NCBI GenBank assembly: GCA_965140585.1
Contig: OZ223264.1
Span: forward strand, 128,001-192,000
Direction of reading: 5' to 3'
DNA from: Spirochaetia bacterium
GTDB taxonomy: Bacteria > Spirochaetota > Spirochaetia > UBA9216
DNA: 64,000 bases
Part shown: one piece after another, positions 9,644 through 18,942 of the stretch
Position numbering within the stretch: position 1 is the first letter of the stretch
Layout: each line of letters begins with the position of its first letter
The notes under the pieces: model-generated
Seen by the model: the letters and a program-made list of their open reading frames with translations, nothing else
What the model was told of the DNA's origin: nothing
Database searches by the model: none
Translations under genes and position numbers: made by a program

Positions 9644-11362
9644 ATGAAAAATTATCTCCTGATTCTTTTGTTTCTATTGGTATACTCTGCCGGTTTGTCT
9701 GCTCAACAGGATAATATTTTAATATTTCATACTTACAGCCCTGAGGTGCCCTGGGTTAATTCCTTTAATGAGGGTGTCTCAAATTCTGAATACTACAATC
9801 CCATTACTATGAATCTCTTTTTTGAGTTTATGGGAAATAATTATCCCGAAGCCTCCCTGACCGAGGATGACTGGCATTTCTATCTTCACTTGAAATATCC
9901 TCCGGATATGTTCAGTTTTATTCTTGTTGATGCTCCTGAAGCAGTATCTCTTTTTATTAATCACCCGGATCTTTTTCCGGAGACACCGAAGATTTACCGT
10001 TCAATTCAAATTTCTGATAAAAAGACGGATGCAGAACTTTATTTATCCTCAGATATTACAGCTGCAGTCAGAAAAACAATTGAGCATGTGCATCAGCAGA
10101 ATCCTGATGCCGGGAATGCAGTCATAATTGATGCTGATGATTTAACGAGTCAGGTAATTATTAAGACGGCCTCGCCTCTGTTAAAAACAATTTATGGAAC
10201 AGAGCCGCGGCTTATGAAGGTTTCCACACTGGATAATCTGATTTCTGAAATATCAAAGATAAGCCCGGATTCAGTTGTATACTACATTCTTGTTTCTGAA
10301 GATGACAATGGTTCAGGTTACATTCCCAGGGACGTTCTGAAAATGATCTGTGATGTTTCGCCTGTGCCTGTATATACATTCTGGAGTACCCTGATGGGAG
10401 CCGGCACCGTCGGCGGATATATGATTGATGCTGAAACTTCTGCTGCGGAGATGTTCAGGGCGGGAGTCGATTATTTAAAGACTGGTTGTTTTGGAGAAGG
10501 ATATAATTCATATAGACTCTTTTTGGATAGTTCAGTTCTGGAACGTTATGGAATGGATGATAAACATGGTGAATATAACGATGCTGTATTTCTGAATCAT
10601 CCGGTTCCGTTTCTTGTGGCTAACCTGGAAACTATAAAAATTGTAGTGCTGGTTTCATTCATAATCCTGTTTTTGATCATACTGATGGTTCTAAACATAT
10701 TGTGGCAGCTTAACCGGAAACTTAAAAATGAGCATGAAGGATTAATCAGCCTGGTTCATGAGAAGTCCGTTTTAATAAGGGAAATAGACCATCGTGTAAA
10801 AAATAATCTCAATATTCTTGAATCGCTTATTAGTATGCAGATTGCAGAAGCTGAGGATCCCGGTCTGAAAAATAATCTTCAGGATGTGGTTAGTAGAATC
10901 AGTGTAATGACAATGGTGCATGAAAAACTGTATCAGTCTGAAATTGATAACCGGCTTGATTCAAGAAATTATATTTCAGATCTTATAGATAAACTGTCTG
11001 CCATGCTAATCCCGGAATCCGGAAAAATTACTATTACTAAGGATATAATTTCTAAGACTCTTGATGTTCAGATAATGATTTCTCTGGGGCTGATAATCAA
11101 TGAAATGATTACAAATGCGGTTAAATATGCCTTTGACCCTGACCGATCCGGGGCGATAAATATCATCCTTTCCCGATATACCGAAATAGAATACATATTG
11201 ATTGTTAATGATAACGGCAGAGGTCTTCCTGCCGGGTTTTCAATTGAAAACAGCGGCGGCCTCGGAGTAAAGGTAATAAAAGTTCTTGCCCAGCAGCTGA
11301 AAGGCCGTCTTGAGTTTGAAAATAAAAACGGCGCATCTTTTTCAGTAATTTTCCCTGCATAG
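9644..11362 (+). CDS. Sensor histidine kinase (HisKA_2 type) with periplasmic binding-protein-like sensor
   Basis: H-box REIDHRVKNNL, NEMITNAVKYAF, DNGRGLP, GGLG. Confidence 0.92.
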   Translation: MKNYLLILLFLLVYSAGLSAQQDNILIFHTYSPEVPWVNSFNEGVSNSEYYNPITMNLFFEFMGNNYPEASLTEDDWHFYLHLKYPPDMFSFILVDAPEAVSLFINHPDLFPETPKIYRSIQISDKKTDAELYLSSDITAAVRKTIEHVHQQNPDAGNAVIIDADDLTSQVIIKTASPLLKTIYGTEPRLMKVSTLDNLISEISKISPDSVVYYILVSEDDNGSGYIPRDVLKMICDVSPVPVYTFWSTLMGAGTVGGYMIDAETSAAEMFRAGVDYLKTGCFGEGYNSYRLFLDSSVLERYGMDDKHGEYNDAVFLNHPVPFLVANLETIKIVVLVSFIILFLIILMVLNILWQLNRKLKNEHEGLISLVHEKSVLIREIDHRVKNNLNILESLISMQIAEAEDPGLKNNLQDVVSRISVMTMVHEKLYQSEIDNRLDSRNYISDLIDKLSAMLIPESGKITITKDIISKTLDVQIMISLGLIINEMITNAVKYAFDPDRSGAINIILSRYTEIEYILIVNDNGRGLPAGFSIENSGGLGVKVIKVLAQQLKGRLEFENKNGASFSVIFPA

Positions 11363-11435
11363 AAATATCCGAATCAAAATAAAAAAGGGATACCCGCTGC
11401 TTCGAATATCCCTCTATTAATTCGCTTGCTTAGTT

Positions 11436-12923
11436 TTAAGGTGAAGGAGGCGTTCCTCCGTTTCCGTACGCACCAGCCGGGTTAACCTGGCTGAGCGAAC
11501 CTACCAGTTCGGTGATGGATGTCTGAACAGAAGTGGGATATGTCGTAGTCTGTTTCATGGTGAAATCATTAAGTGTCCAGTTCGTAAATATTGTATCTGC
11601 GTTTGAATATACAGATATACCTATGTTTGTGTTTGTATAATCTGTATTGTCAACATTTGTGCCAAAATCTCCCTCAGCTGTATTATTATCATAGATATTG
11701 TAATTAGCCGTTAGGTAAGTAGCCGGCAGGGAATAGATTATATCTGAAAAAGCAGTACCGGGTCCGCTGAATATATTATATTCAAAATTATATGATGATG
11801 CCTCATCATCGGTAATATTTGTTGCCATGGTACCGTCGGCTTTGTAGATAATAGTATTGTATGAAAAATTTACACTTATCGGTCCTTCAAAATAGGGCGT
11901 TGTATAAAAAGCTTCCTGTGGAGAGTCACCTCCAAGGTTAACAAAAATATTATTGGAAAAATTGAATGCCGCCTCATTTACCGCATAATAGAGTTCAATT
12001 GCCTGCGTAGTTCCGGAATAGTGTATTCGGCTGTTTGTGAGTACAATGCCGGAACATACATTTGTGCCGTTATCTCCGGATCGTATTGCATAAGCACCGC
12101 CTGAATCTGCCAGGTTTTTAATAAACACATGGTCTATCGATGCTTCATTATTTACCAGAATACCGCCCCAGCCCCCGGTTGTTGGTCCGGATAGAATTAC
12201 CGGTTTGTACGCTGTCCCTTCAACATTCAGGGTGCCGTCTACTATAATCTGGTATCCGCCGGCTGTATTTAACTCAACATCACGGTAAATAGTTAACGTA
12301 GCACCGCTGGAAATGGTTATATCGTTTCCTACGTATATTTCGCCTTCACCTGCAATAACATAACTATCGGACAGAATAGTCTCACCGTCAGCAAGATCCG
12401 CTTTGTACAGCCTTGTCCCCTGGTAGTTAAATCCCTCTCCTGAAAGAGAGATAGATATCTGCCCCTCATCCTCATCACTGCTGTAGATTGTCAGTGTACC
12501 GCTTAGTACAGCTGCCGTTCCCGGGGAAAAACTCAGGGTGTACGGCTTGGTTTCACCTGCCGGAATTTCGATGGTATCAGTAGTTGATTCAGGCATTGAA
12601 AATGCAGAGTCTCCAACCAGCCATGTCAGATAGGTCATATCCAGTGTAAGTGTGTCTGTTGCACTATTGTTGCCAATGGTAACTGTTGCGGTTTCAGTTT
12701 CACCGACTAGGGTTTTTGTAAATGTGTAAGAACTTCCGTCGGAATAGGTTGTGCCGCCGATTCTAACTTCTATATCCCCTGCCGGAGCCAGATCCAGCCC
12801 AACGTAATCCGGGTCGTTCGGGTTTTCTCGCTCATGCTGTGTTGCGTCAAGAAAAAATCCGTCACATGAGACTATGGAGGTGAGGGTAAGAATTATCAGA
12901 AAAAGTTTAGTTATCTTTATCAT
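11436..12923 (-). CDS. Surface lipoprotein with Ig-like (ASH/choice-of-anchor-D-like) and right-handed beta-helix regions
   Basis: Lipobox IVSC; 'TLTIYSSDEDE...ISLSGEG' Ig signature; 'GTLNVEGTAYKPVILS...WGGI' and NN/NT-rich repeats. Confidence 0.7.
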   Translation of the reverse strand: MIKITKLFLIILTLTSIVSCDGFFLDATQHERENPNDPDYVGLDLAPAGDIEVRIGGTTYSDGSSYTFTKTLVGETETATVTIGNNSATDTLTLDMTYLTWLVGDSAFSMPESTTDTIEIPAGETKPYTLSFSPGTAAVLSGTLTIYSSDEDEGQISISLSGEGFNYQGTRLYKADLADGETILSDSYVIAGEGEIYVGNDITISSGATLTIYRDVELNTAGGYQIIVDGTLNVEGTAYKPVILSGPTTGGWGGILVNNEASIDHVFIKNLADSGGAYAIRSGDNGTNVCSGIVLTNSRIHYSGTTQAIELYYAVNEAAFNFSNNIFVNLGGDSPQEAFYTTPYFEGPISVNFSYNTIIYKADGTMATNITDDEASSYNFEYNIFSGPGTAFSDIIYSLPATYLTANYNIYDNNTAEGDFGTNVDNTDYTNTNIGISVYSNADTIFTNWTLNDFTMKQTTTYPTSVQTSITELVGSLSQVNPAGAYGNGGTPPSP

Positions 12924-12932
12924 TGTATGCTC

Positions 12933-13886
12933 CTAGTAGGAAAATCCGAAAGACAGCACTGTAGCCTTCGATCCCGGTAGAATGGAAACCGCCATATCGG
13001 CAGCCGGTTCTGAATCTCCGCCGAAAAAGAAAAGAGAGCTCAGTGCAGCCAGAACCCCGCCGCCTGCAAGCCCGGCACCTACCCAGAACATCGTATTGCT
13101 GTTTTCGGCTGCAGTGAAAGCCGTCGTATAGGTGCTGTAAAGTGAGTCATAATCGACGTCACCGGCAGTTGCTGAATCGTATGCGCTCCAGGCGTCGTTT
13201 GCGGCATTAATTTTCATTATTGAATCAATCAGAAAGTATGTGCCGACACCTGCTATTACAGTTCCGCCGCCCAGCAGGCTCCATCCGACTATGCTGTTTC
13301 CTGTCCCGGTAGGCTTTGAAGCAGTGTCGGTTTCTGCAGGTACAGGCTTTGCAGCTTCAGCGGCCTCTGTTTTCCTTGCCGTTTCTAAACTGCCCGATTC
13401 TGCGGCCGCTGTTCGGGTATCGGCAGCTTCAAGCCCGGAAAGACGGGCGGCAAAGTTGGGCATGTCGTCTATGAGTTCACCAAGATCGGTATATATATTT
13501 TTAGCCGTATGAATTGTGGCTGATGTTTCTGTTTCAATCATCTTGGCAGAGAAAATATATCTGCCGCCCAGAAGCGCTATGTCGCCTGTCACAATAAACT
13601 GAGCTGAAAGCAGCTTTCCAATTTCGAGCATGCAGCTTTCATCGGTACAACCTGAATTGGAAAACGCCAGTTCATCCAGGATTGTATCACGCTGGGCTGT
13701 ATCAATTACTGTGTATTCGCCTGCGTCATGCAGTGATGCGGATAGAAAAGAAGTTATCGACTTCATATCGCTTTCCGAGATCGAATTGATTCGAAAGTCG
13801 AGAACTGTCAGTACAGGTTTGTCGTTTGAAAATACACTTGCTGAAATAAGCAGCAGAGGCACAAACAGTAATATTAGCTTTTTCAT
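12933..13886 (-). CDS. CsgG/HfaB-like domain protein with Gly-rich C-terminal membrane helices
   Basis: VLDF...ILDELAFSNSGCTDESCMLEIGKLLSAQFIVTGDI; two Gly-rich hydrophobic helices; terminal LSFGFSY. Confidence 0.75.
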   Translation of the reverse strand: MKKLILLFVPLLLISASVFSNDKPVLTVLDFRINSISESDMKSITSFLSASLHDAGEYTVIDTAQRDTILDELAFSNSGCTDESCMLEIGKLLSAQFIVTGDIALLGGRYIFSAKMIETETSATIHTAKNIYTDLGELIDDMPNFAARLSGLEAADTRTAAAESGSLETARKTEAAEAAKPVPAETDTASKPTGTGNSIVGWSLLGGGTVIAGVGTYFLIDSIMKINAANDAWSAYDSATAGDVDYDSLYSTYTTAFTAAENSNTMFWVGAGLAGGGVLAALSSLFFFGGDSEPAADMAVSILPGSKATVLSFGFSY

Positions 13887-13950
13887 CAGTTTTCCTCCAG
13901 TTTTATTTTAGCCTGATGTCATAAAATCCTGCAAGTAATCAAACTTAATG

Positions 13951-13999
13951 TTGACGTTTTTTAATGCTGGGTGTATATTGTGTATATACGATATACACA
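13951..13999 (+). promoter_or_regulatory. sigma70 promoter with YtrA/GntR-type operator
   Basis: TTGACG-N17-TATATT followed by inverted repeat TGTGTATAT-acg-ATATACACA (13979-13999). Confidence 0.75.
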
Positions 14000-14019
14000 G
14001 TTGGCAAGGAGTTTTGGTT

Positions 14020-14874
14020 ATGTGTATGATGAAGGTAGAAAAACTAAGAAAACACTATGAAAAGTTTCTGCTTGATGATGTCAGTTTCAGGCTTGAAGAA
14101 GGTTATATAATGGGTTTCATCGGCAGCAACGGCGCCGGGAAGACTACAACACTGAAAAGTATTATGGGCATGGTTCACCCTGATTCCGGAACTGTCGAAG
14201 TTTTCAGACAGGATTTCCGCTCTAATGAGCTTGAACTGAAGCAGAAGATTGCCTTTATGCTTGGTCCCGGAGATTATTATCCAACTAAAAAGGTCAGTGC
14301 CATAACTGATACTTACCGGCGCTTTTACACAGACTGGGATGAAGCTCTTTATCAGTCTCTGCTGAAGCGTTTTGATATTGATCCGCAGAAAAAAATAAAG
14401 GATCTCTCGCAGGGAATGAAGATCAAGTATTCGCTTTCGCTTGCTCTTTCCCACAGGGCAAAGCTGATAATTCTTGATGAACCCACATCCGGTCTTGATC
14501 CGGTTGCAAGGGATGATCTTCTAGAGCTGTTTCAGGAATTTGTAGAGCAGGGTGATAAGAGTATTCTCTTCTCCACCCATATAACCTCGGACCTTGAAAA
14601 GTGTGCCGATTACATCACCTACATTGAAAAGGGAAGGATAGTCGAAAGCCTTACCAAGGATGAGCTGATGGATAAATACAGGATAATAAGCGGAACAGAG
14701 GCACAGCTTGACGGGCTGAAAGATCAGCTGGTGTCATGGAAAAAGAATTCATTCGGTTTTCAGGGACTTATTGAAACAGAAAAACTGGGTGAGGTTGAAC
14801 GCGAGTCCGCGTCGGTTCCCGGTCTCGACGATATAATGATTTACCACTCAAAAAGGGGGCAGGCAAATGAATAA
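14020..14874 (+). CDS. ABC exporter ATP-binding protein (YtrB-like)
   Basis: GSNGAGKTT, LSQGMK, ILDEPTSGLDP. Start moved to ATG 14020 because of the AAGGAG SD and the promoter inside the longer ORF. Confidence 0.92.
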   Translation: MCMMKVEKLRKHYEKFLLDDVSFRLEEGYIMGFIGSNGAGKTTTLKSIMGMVHPDSGTVEVFRQDFRSNELELKQKIAFMLGPGDYYPTKKVSAITDTYRRFYTDWDEALYQSLLKRFDIDPQKKIKDLSQGMKIKYSLSLALSHRAKLIILDEPTSGLDPVARDDLLELFQEFVEQGDKSILFSTHITSDLEKCADYITYIEKGRIVESLTKDELMDKYRIISGTEAQLDGLKDQLVSWKKNSFGFQGLIETEKLGEVERESASVPGLDDIMIYHSKRGQANE

Positions 14875-15511
14875 TCTTCTTCACAAGGAATTTAATCTAT
14901 CTATTAACAGGTTTTTTGTTATTCTCATGCCGTTGTTCACAGGGGCTCTGTTTCTGATCCCTCAGTGGCCGTACTTTATTGCCATGATGTATTTCTTCTT
15001 TATATCCGTACCAACTCTTTCAAGTTCCTACAATTCACAGAAAGACAACGAGTTTTCCATGATTATGCCGGTAAGAAAGACCGATGTTGTGAAAGCCAGG
15101 ATTGCAGCATTCTGCATCATTGAGCTGATTCATATTGCCTTCGGGGTTATTTTTGCGGTTATTCATCACATTCTGTATAAGTTTGATAATTTTATGCTCA
15201 ATCTAAACCCTGCATTCTTCGGTGTGGCGTTTACGATGTTCGGTATTTTCAATATTATATTTTTTAGTATGTACTATAAATCTGCTTACTTCTTTGGTAT
15301 TCCGACAATTGTAGCAACCGTTGTGACTGTTCTGTATATCACAGGAATAGAACTGTCAGCAATTTTTATGGATTCAGTTCGTAATTTCTTTGCTAATCCG
15401 GCCATTGGCATTCAGCTTGCGGTCCTCATTGGAGGAATTGCCGTGTTTGTTATTTTTAATCTTCTGACCGTAAAAATTGCATCTGCAAGGTTTGAAAAAG
15501 TGGATATATGA
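14867..15511 (+). CDS. ABC-2 type permease
   Basis: Six TM helices, 'MPVRKTDVVKAR' motif, overlaps the ATPase gene. Confidence 0.85.
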   Translation: MNNLLHKEFNLSINRFFVILMPLFTGALFLIPQWPYFIAMMYFFFISVPTLSSSYNSQKDNEFSMIMPVRKTDVVKARIAAFCIIELIHIAFGVIFAVIHHILYKFDNFMLNLNPAFFGVAFTMFGIFNIIFFSMYYKSAYFFGIPTIVATVVTVLYITGIELSAIFMDSVRNFFANPAIGIQLAVLIGGIAVFVIFNLLTVKIASARFEKVDI

Positions 15512-15876
15512 TAGGTGTAAAAATTTCCAATCAGTCTGATAAACCGATTTATCAGCAGCTTTTCGAACAGATTAGTGCCATGATTCTTAACCGGGCGCTT
15601 GAAAGCGATTTCAGTCTGCCGTCCATTAGGACGGCGGCTAAAGAGCTGCGTGTGAGTGTAATAACCGTGAAGGCAGCATGGGAAGAGCTTGAGCGCTCAG
15701 GATTGATTTATACTGTAGCGGGAAAGGGTTGTTTTATTTCCGAGTTTTCCGATAATGAGCTTAATTTAAAAAGAGATGAAATTATAAATAAACAGCTTGA
15801 TAAGGACCTTGTATTTTACAGGAATATGGGTGCTGATAAAAACGAGCTTATCAGTTTAATTGAGAAGAAATTATAA
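15508..15876 (+). CDS. GntR-family (YtrA subfamily) regulator
   Basis: PIYQQLFEQI...LPSIRTAAKELRVSVITVKAAWEELERSGLIYTVAGKGCFI; short C-terminus. Confidence 0.93.
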   Translation: MIGVKISNQSDKPIYQQLFEQISAMILNRALESDFSLPSIRTAAKELRVSVITVKAAWEELERSGLIYTVAGKGCFISEFSDNELNLKRDEIINKQLDKDLVFYRNMGADKNELISLIEKKL

Positions 15877-15883
15877 AATGAAT

Positions 15884-15922
15884 GAGCTTTTTGTAAAACT
15901 CGGTTAGTTTTGAAATTGCCTC
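15884..15922. repeat. 17-5-17 palindromic repeat, hybrid A/B copy
   Basis: GAGCTTTTTGTAAAACT-CGGTT-AGTTTTGAAATTGCCTC; arms shared with the copies at 37905, 38019 and 61296. Confidence 0.75.
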
Positions 15923-15925
15923 GAA

Positions 15926-16261
15926 TTATACGGCTTTATTGTGTTTGAAAAATTCTTCAAGTTCTTTCTTGTCTTCAACAGCAACATCCCAGAAAATAAG
16001 TCCTATTTCATAAAAGTGATCTGAAACCTGATCTGTACGTACTACCTTTGCAAAAACATTTATCTGTCTGGGGTTGCCGGGTAGAAAAAATTTTAAATGT
16101 ACAAACTGGTTTGGATCAAGAGGCTCTTCCGAAATAAGAGCGATACCGGTTTCACTGATGTTTTTACTGTATACAAATCTGGTGTTGTTACAGTTTACTT
16201 CAACATCAAGAGGTATGCGGGGAGCTCTTTCTACATGTTTTCTTTCATTCAAGCTGTCCAA
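15926..16261 (-). CDS. PilZ domain protein (c-di-GMP receptor)
   Basis: RxxxR-like ERAPR and N-I-S-E-T-G motif. Confidence 0.88.
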   Translation of the reverse strand: MDSLNERKHVERAPRIPLDVEVNCNNTRFVYSKNISETGIALISEEPLDPNQFVHLKFFLPGNPRQINVFAKVVRTDQVSDHFYEIGLIFWDVAVEDKKELEEFFKHNKAV

Positions 16262-16329
16262 TACCCTTTAATTATAGGATATTGGACATAGCGGTGCAAA
16301 TAATTAAATTTCAATTATGTTTGATTTAG

Positions 16330-17045
16330 CGATTTTTATTTTGCCAATGACTGTGTAGAGAAAGTTGCCGACACTTCCAAGTATATAGTGATTAAAGGAT
16401 GAAGGCAGCTAACTTCCATCGGGTCTTACAGCCTCCCAGTTTTCCAGATAGTTGTAGCCCCTTGTTTCACCATATATAGCCAGGACGGACTTTCCGTCTG
16501 GAAAAGCAGCCTGTAGGCAGTTTCATTATGTACTTTTTAGTACAGTATATTCAGCATGGGCGGTGTCAATACAAAACCGGTATCCAGATGTCCGCCATTT
16601 TCTTCTATTCGATAAACACGCCGCTCTGTCATCAGTTTCTGAAGCTCCGCATTCAGGCTGCCGTCTTTATGCCCGGATGATATCAACGTCTGAAGAATGA
16701 CAGTCCAGGCCTCAAAGGCTATTGCATGGTAGCAGCTTGTAACAACATCTTTAGTTGCTTCGCTTGCTGCGAAGACTCCGCCTTCTTTCTGAATAAAGCT
16801 CGGGATAAACCAGTCTCAGAAATGAAAGCCTGTGTTAAATAGATACTCATTCCATTTCTTTTCATAGGGGGTGCAGTCTGAAAGGTTTTCCGGTTTTTCC
16901 ATACACTTTTGAATTACTCCGTTTATCCAGAGTCTCATTATTTCAAGATTATCTGCAAGTATACTGATGTTTCCGAAGCTACGGTAAAGTTCAAGCGGAA
17001 CGAGTATGCAGGCACCGCTCCATGCAGATGAAGGACGGCCACCCC
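16330..17045 (-). pseudogene. Alpha-L-rhamnosidase (GH78) remnant
   Basis: Hand translation gives SSAWSGACILVPLELYRSFG, YLFNTGFHF*DWFIP, IEENGGHLDTGFVLTP, AYRLLFQTESPSWLYMVKQGATTIW, a frameshift, then NWEAVRPDGS*LPSSFNHYILGSVGNFLY. Confidence 0.85.
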
Positions 17046-17639
17046 CCCAATGAAAGAAGATCTGGAGAGTTCTGTCTGTGGAACAATGTAGCCATATTGT
17101 GACATATATACTGCACATGCAAGCAGACCGCCTGCCATGATATAAGAGATCACTGCATTTTAATTCTCTGTATTTGTGATGACTCTGTTCTTGACGGTAA
17201 CTCTATGTGCTGTTCCGTCAGCGTCTCTCTGCTGAGTACTGTTTCCATCAAGCTCTTTGATAATCATAGGTATGAACATAATGAAAGTTCCTGAACTTTC
17301 TGTACAGATACCAACGTAGACCCCGGCGTGGAAGAGTCCCACTATATCTTCTGAAGCTTTTCCAAGTTCATGCATGCCGCAGTGTGAAAAGCCGCCTATT
17401 CCGACAATTTCGCTCCTGTGAAGTTCCATTGAAAAGTTCATCTGCAGGACTGATACCGATGTTACGTTATCGGCCGCAAGAATCACGTCATCCGAGCGTC
17501 TGCTCTTAAAATCTTCACGGTAATACTTGTTACCCATCTCTCTGCAGTGATGAGAAAGGGCTGCTTTAGGTCCGAGAACCTTACAAAGGCCAATGGCTTC
17601 GACGATAGGATTTGCTCTGCTGATGTCTGAACTTCCCAT
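17046..17639 (-). pseudogene. Fused fragments of sugar ABC transporter genes (ATPase, binding protein, permease)
   Basis: PIVEAIGLCKVLGP and FSMELHRSEIVGIGGFSHCGMHELGK (RbsA-like); a binding-protein-like C-terminus; permease-like MISYIMAGGLLACA...SFIGG. Confidence 0.65.
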
Positions 17640-17802
17640 ATCATCTCCATGCAGTCATTTAAATGGAAATAAGAATGTGTTTTTTTCTGAATCTGAGTTA
17701 AGTATAGACCATCACGAGCTTTAGTCAAATGTTTCATCTTTACAAGATTCAGACTTTTTTTGTTGTCTGTTTGAAGAGCTTGTAATAAAATTAATCAGAG
17801 CT

Positions 17803-18942
17803 ATGAGTACTCAAGTTAAATCAACCAGATATGCAACTCCGGGAGTGGTTCAGGAGGCTGCCGAAAAACTCTTTCTGAATACCGGTGTACGGGTTACCTT
17901 TCCAAAGGCGCTTGAATATCTGCGGCGAACAGATAAGCTTCCTAATGTTTCTCCGAAGATGCCTGATTCTCCTGACAGCCCGAGCTGGAGAGAGTTTGAT
18001 GATCTGATTCTGAATCTGCCTTTTAATGCAGATCAGATAATGGAGACAGACCGAAAACTCCACGGGGATGGGACGCTGCAGGAAGCCGGGATTTTCCCTT
18101 CAGAGAAGGATGTCTTCTGTTTTAAACATCTGCCCTACATGAATCATACCCAGCACTGCCACGATTATTTTGAAATTACATACCTGTATCACGGTTCGTG
18201 TAGAATGCTTTTTGAGAATCAGAAGTTTCAGCTGAATGAGGGAGAGCTCTGTATAATTCCGCCTATGTCGCCGCATAATCATCTGATTGAAAAAGACTCG
18301 ATAGCGCTCGGTATTGTCGTGAGGAAAACTACCTTCAATTCAATCTTCGGAGAACTTCTGACTCACAAGGATCTGCTGTCGACTTTTTTCAAAAACTCGT
18401 TATATGAACCAAACCAGACAAATTTTCTGATTCTGAAAACTGAACCGGTGGCCCAGCTTCGTGATATTATCCATCAGCTTGCCTATGAGTGCAGTGTGCA
18501 CGGCCCCTATGCAAATGCTATAAGCATCAGTCTGTTTAATCTCTTTCTATCTCACACCCTAAGAAGATATCGTGATAATATTACCATCTACCGGATGGAG
18601 GATTTAGCCCGGAGATCTCAGGACTTTCCGATGATCCTCCAGTATATTCAGCAGAATTACAAAACGGTGACATTGTCTTCACTGGCTGAGGTTTTTCATT
18701 ACTCAGAATCGCATATCTGCCGGTTAATACAGAAAAACCTGAATTAGAATTTTACAGCGGTTGTCAGAAAGCTGAAGATGGCCCGGGCAAAGGATTATAT
18801 GGAAAATACATCATTGAAGGTTTCCGAAGTTACCGTCCTGGTCGGATATGAGTCGGTCGATCACTTCTCAAGGACCTTCAAGAAAACTTACGGAGCCGCG
18901 CCTTTCGAATACAGAAAAAAACACAGGATGGAAAATGCATAA
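17803..18942 (+). pseudogene. AraC-family regulator interrupted by an in-frame TAG at 18745-18747
   Basis: Cupin HCHDYFEI. The frame continues past TAG with NFTAVVRKLKMARAKDYMENTSLKVSEVTVLVGYESVDHFSRTFKKTYGAAPFEYRK (second HTH) to TAA at 18940-18942. Confidence 0.88.

Noticed and set aside
18745-18747. Pyrrolysine or recoded TAG
   Set aside because: TAG serves as a normal stop in many genes here, there are no pyl genes, and the neighbouring operon is decayed.
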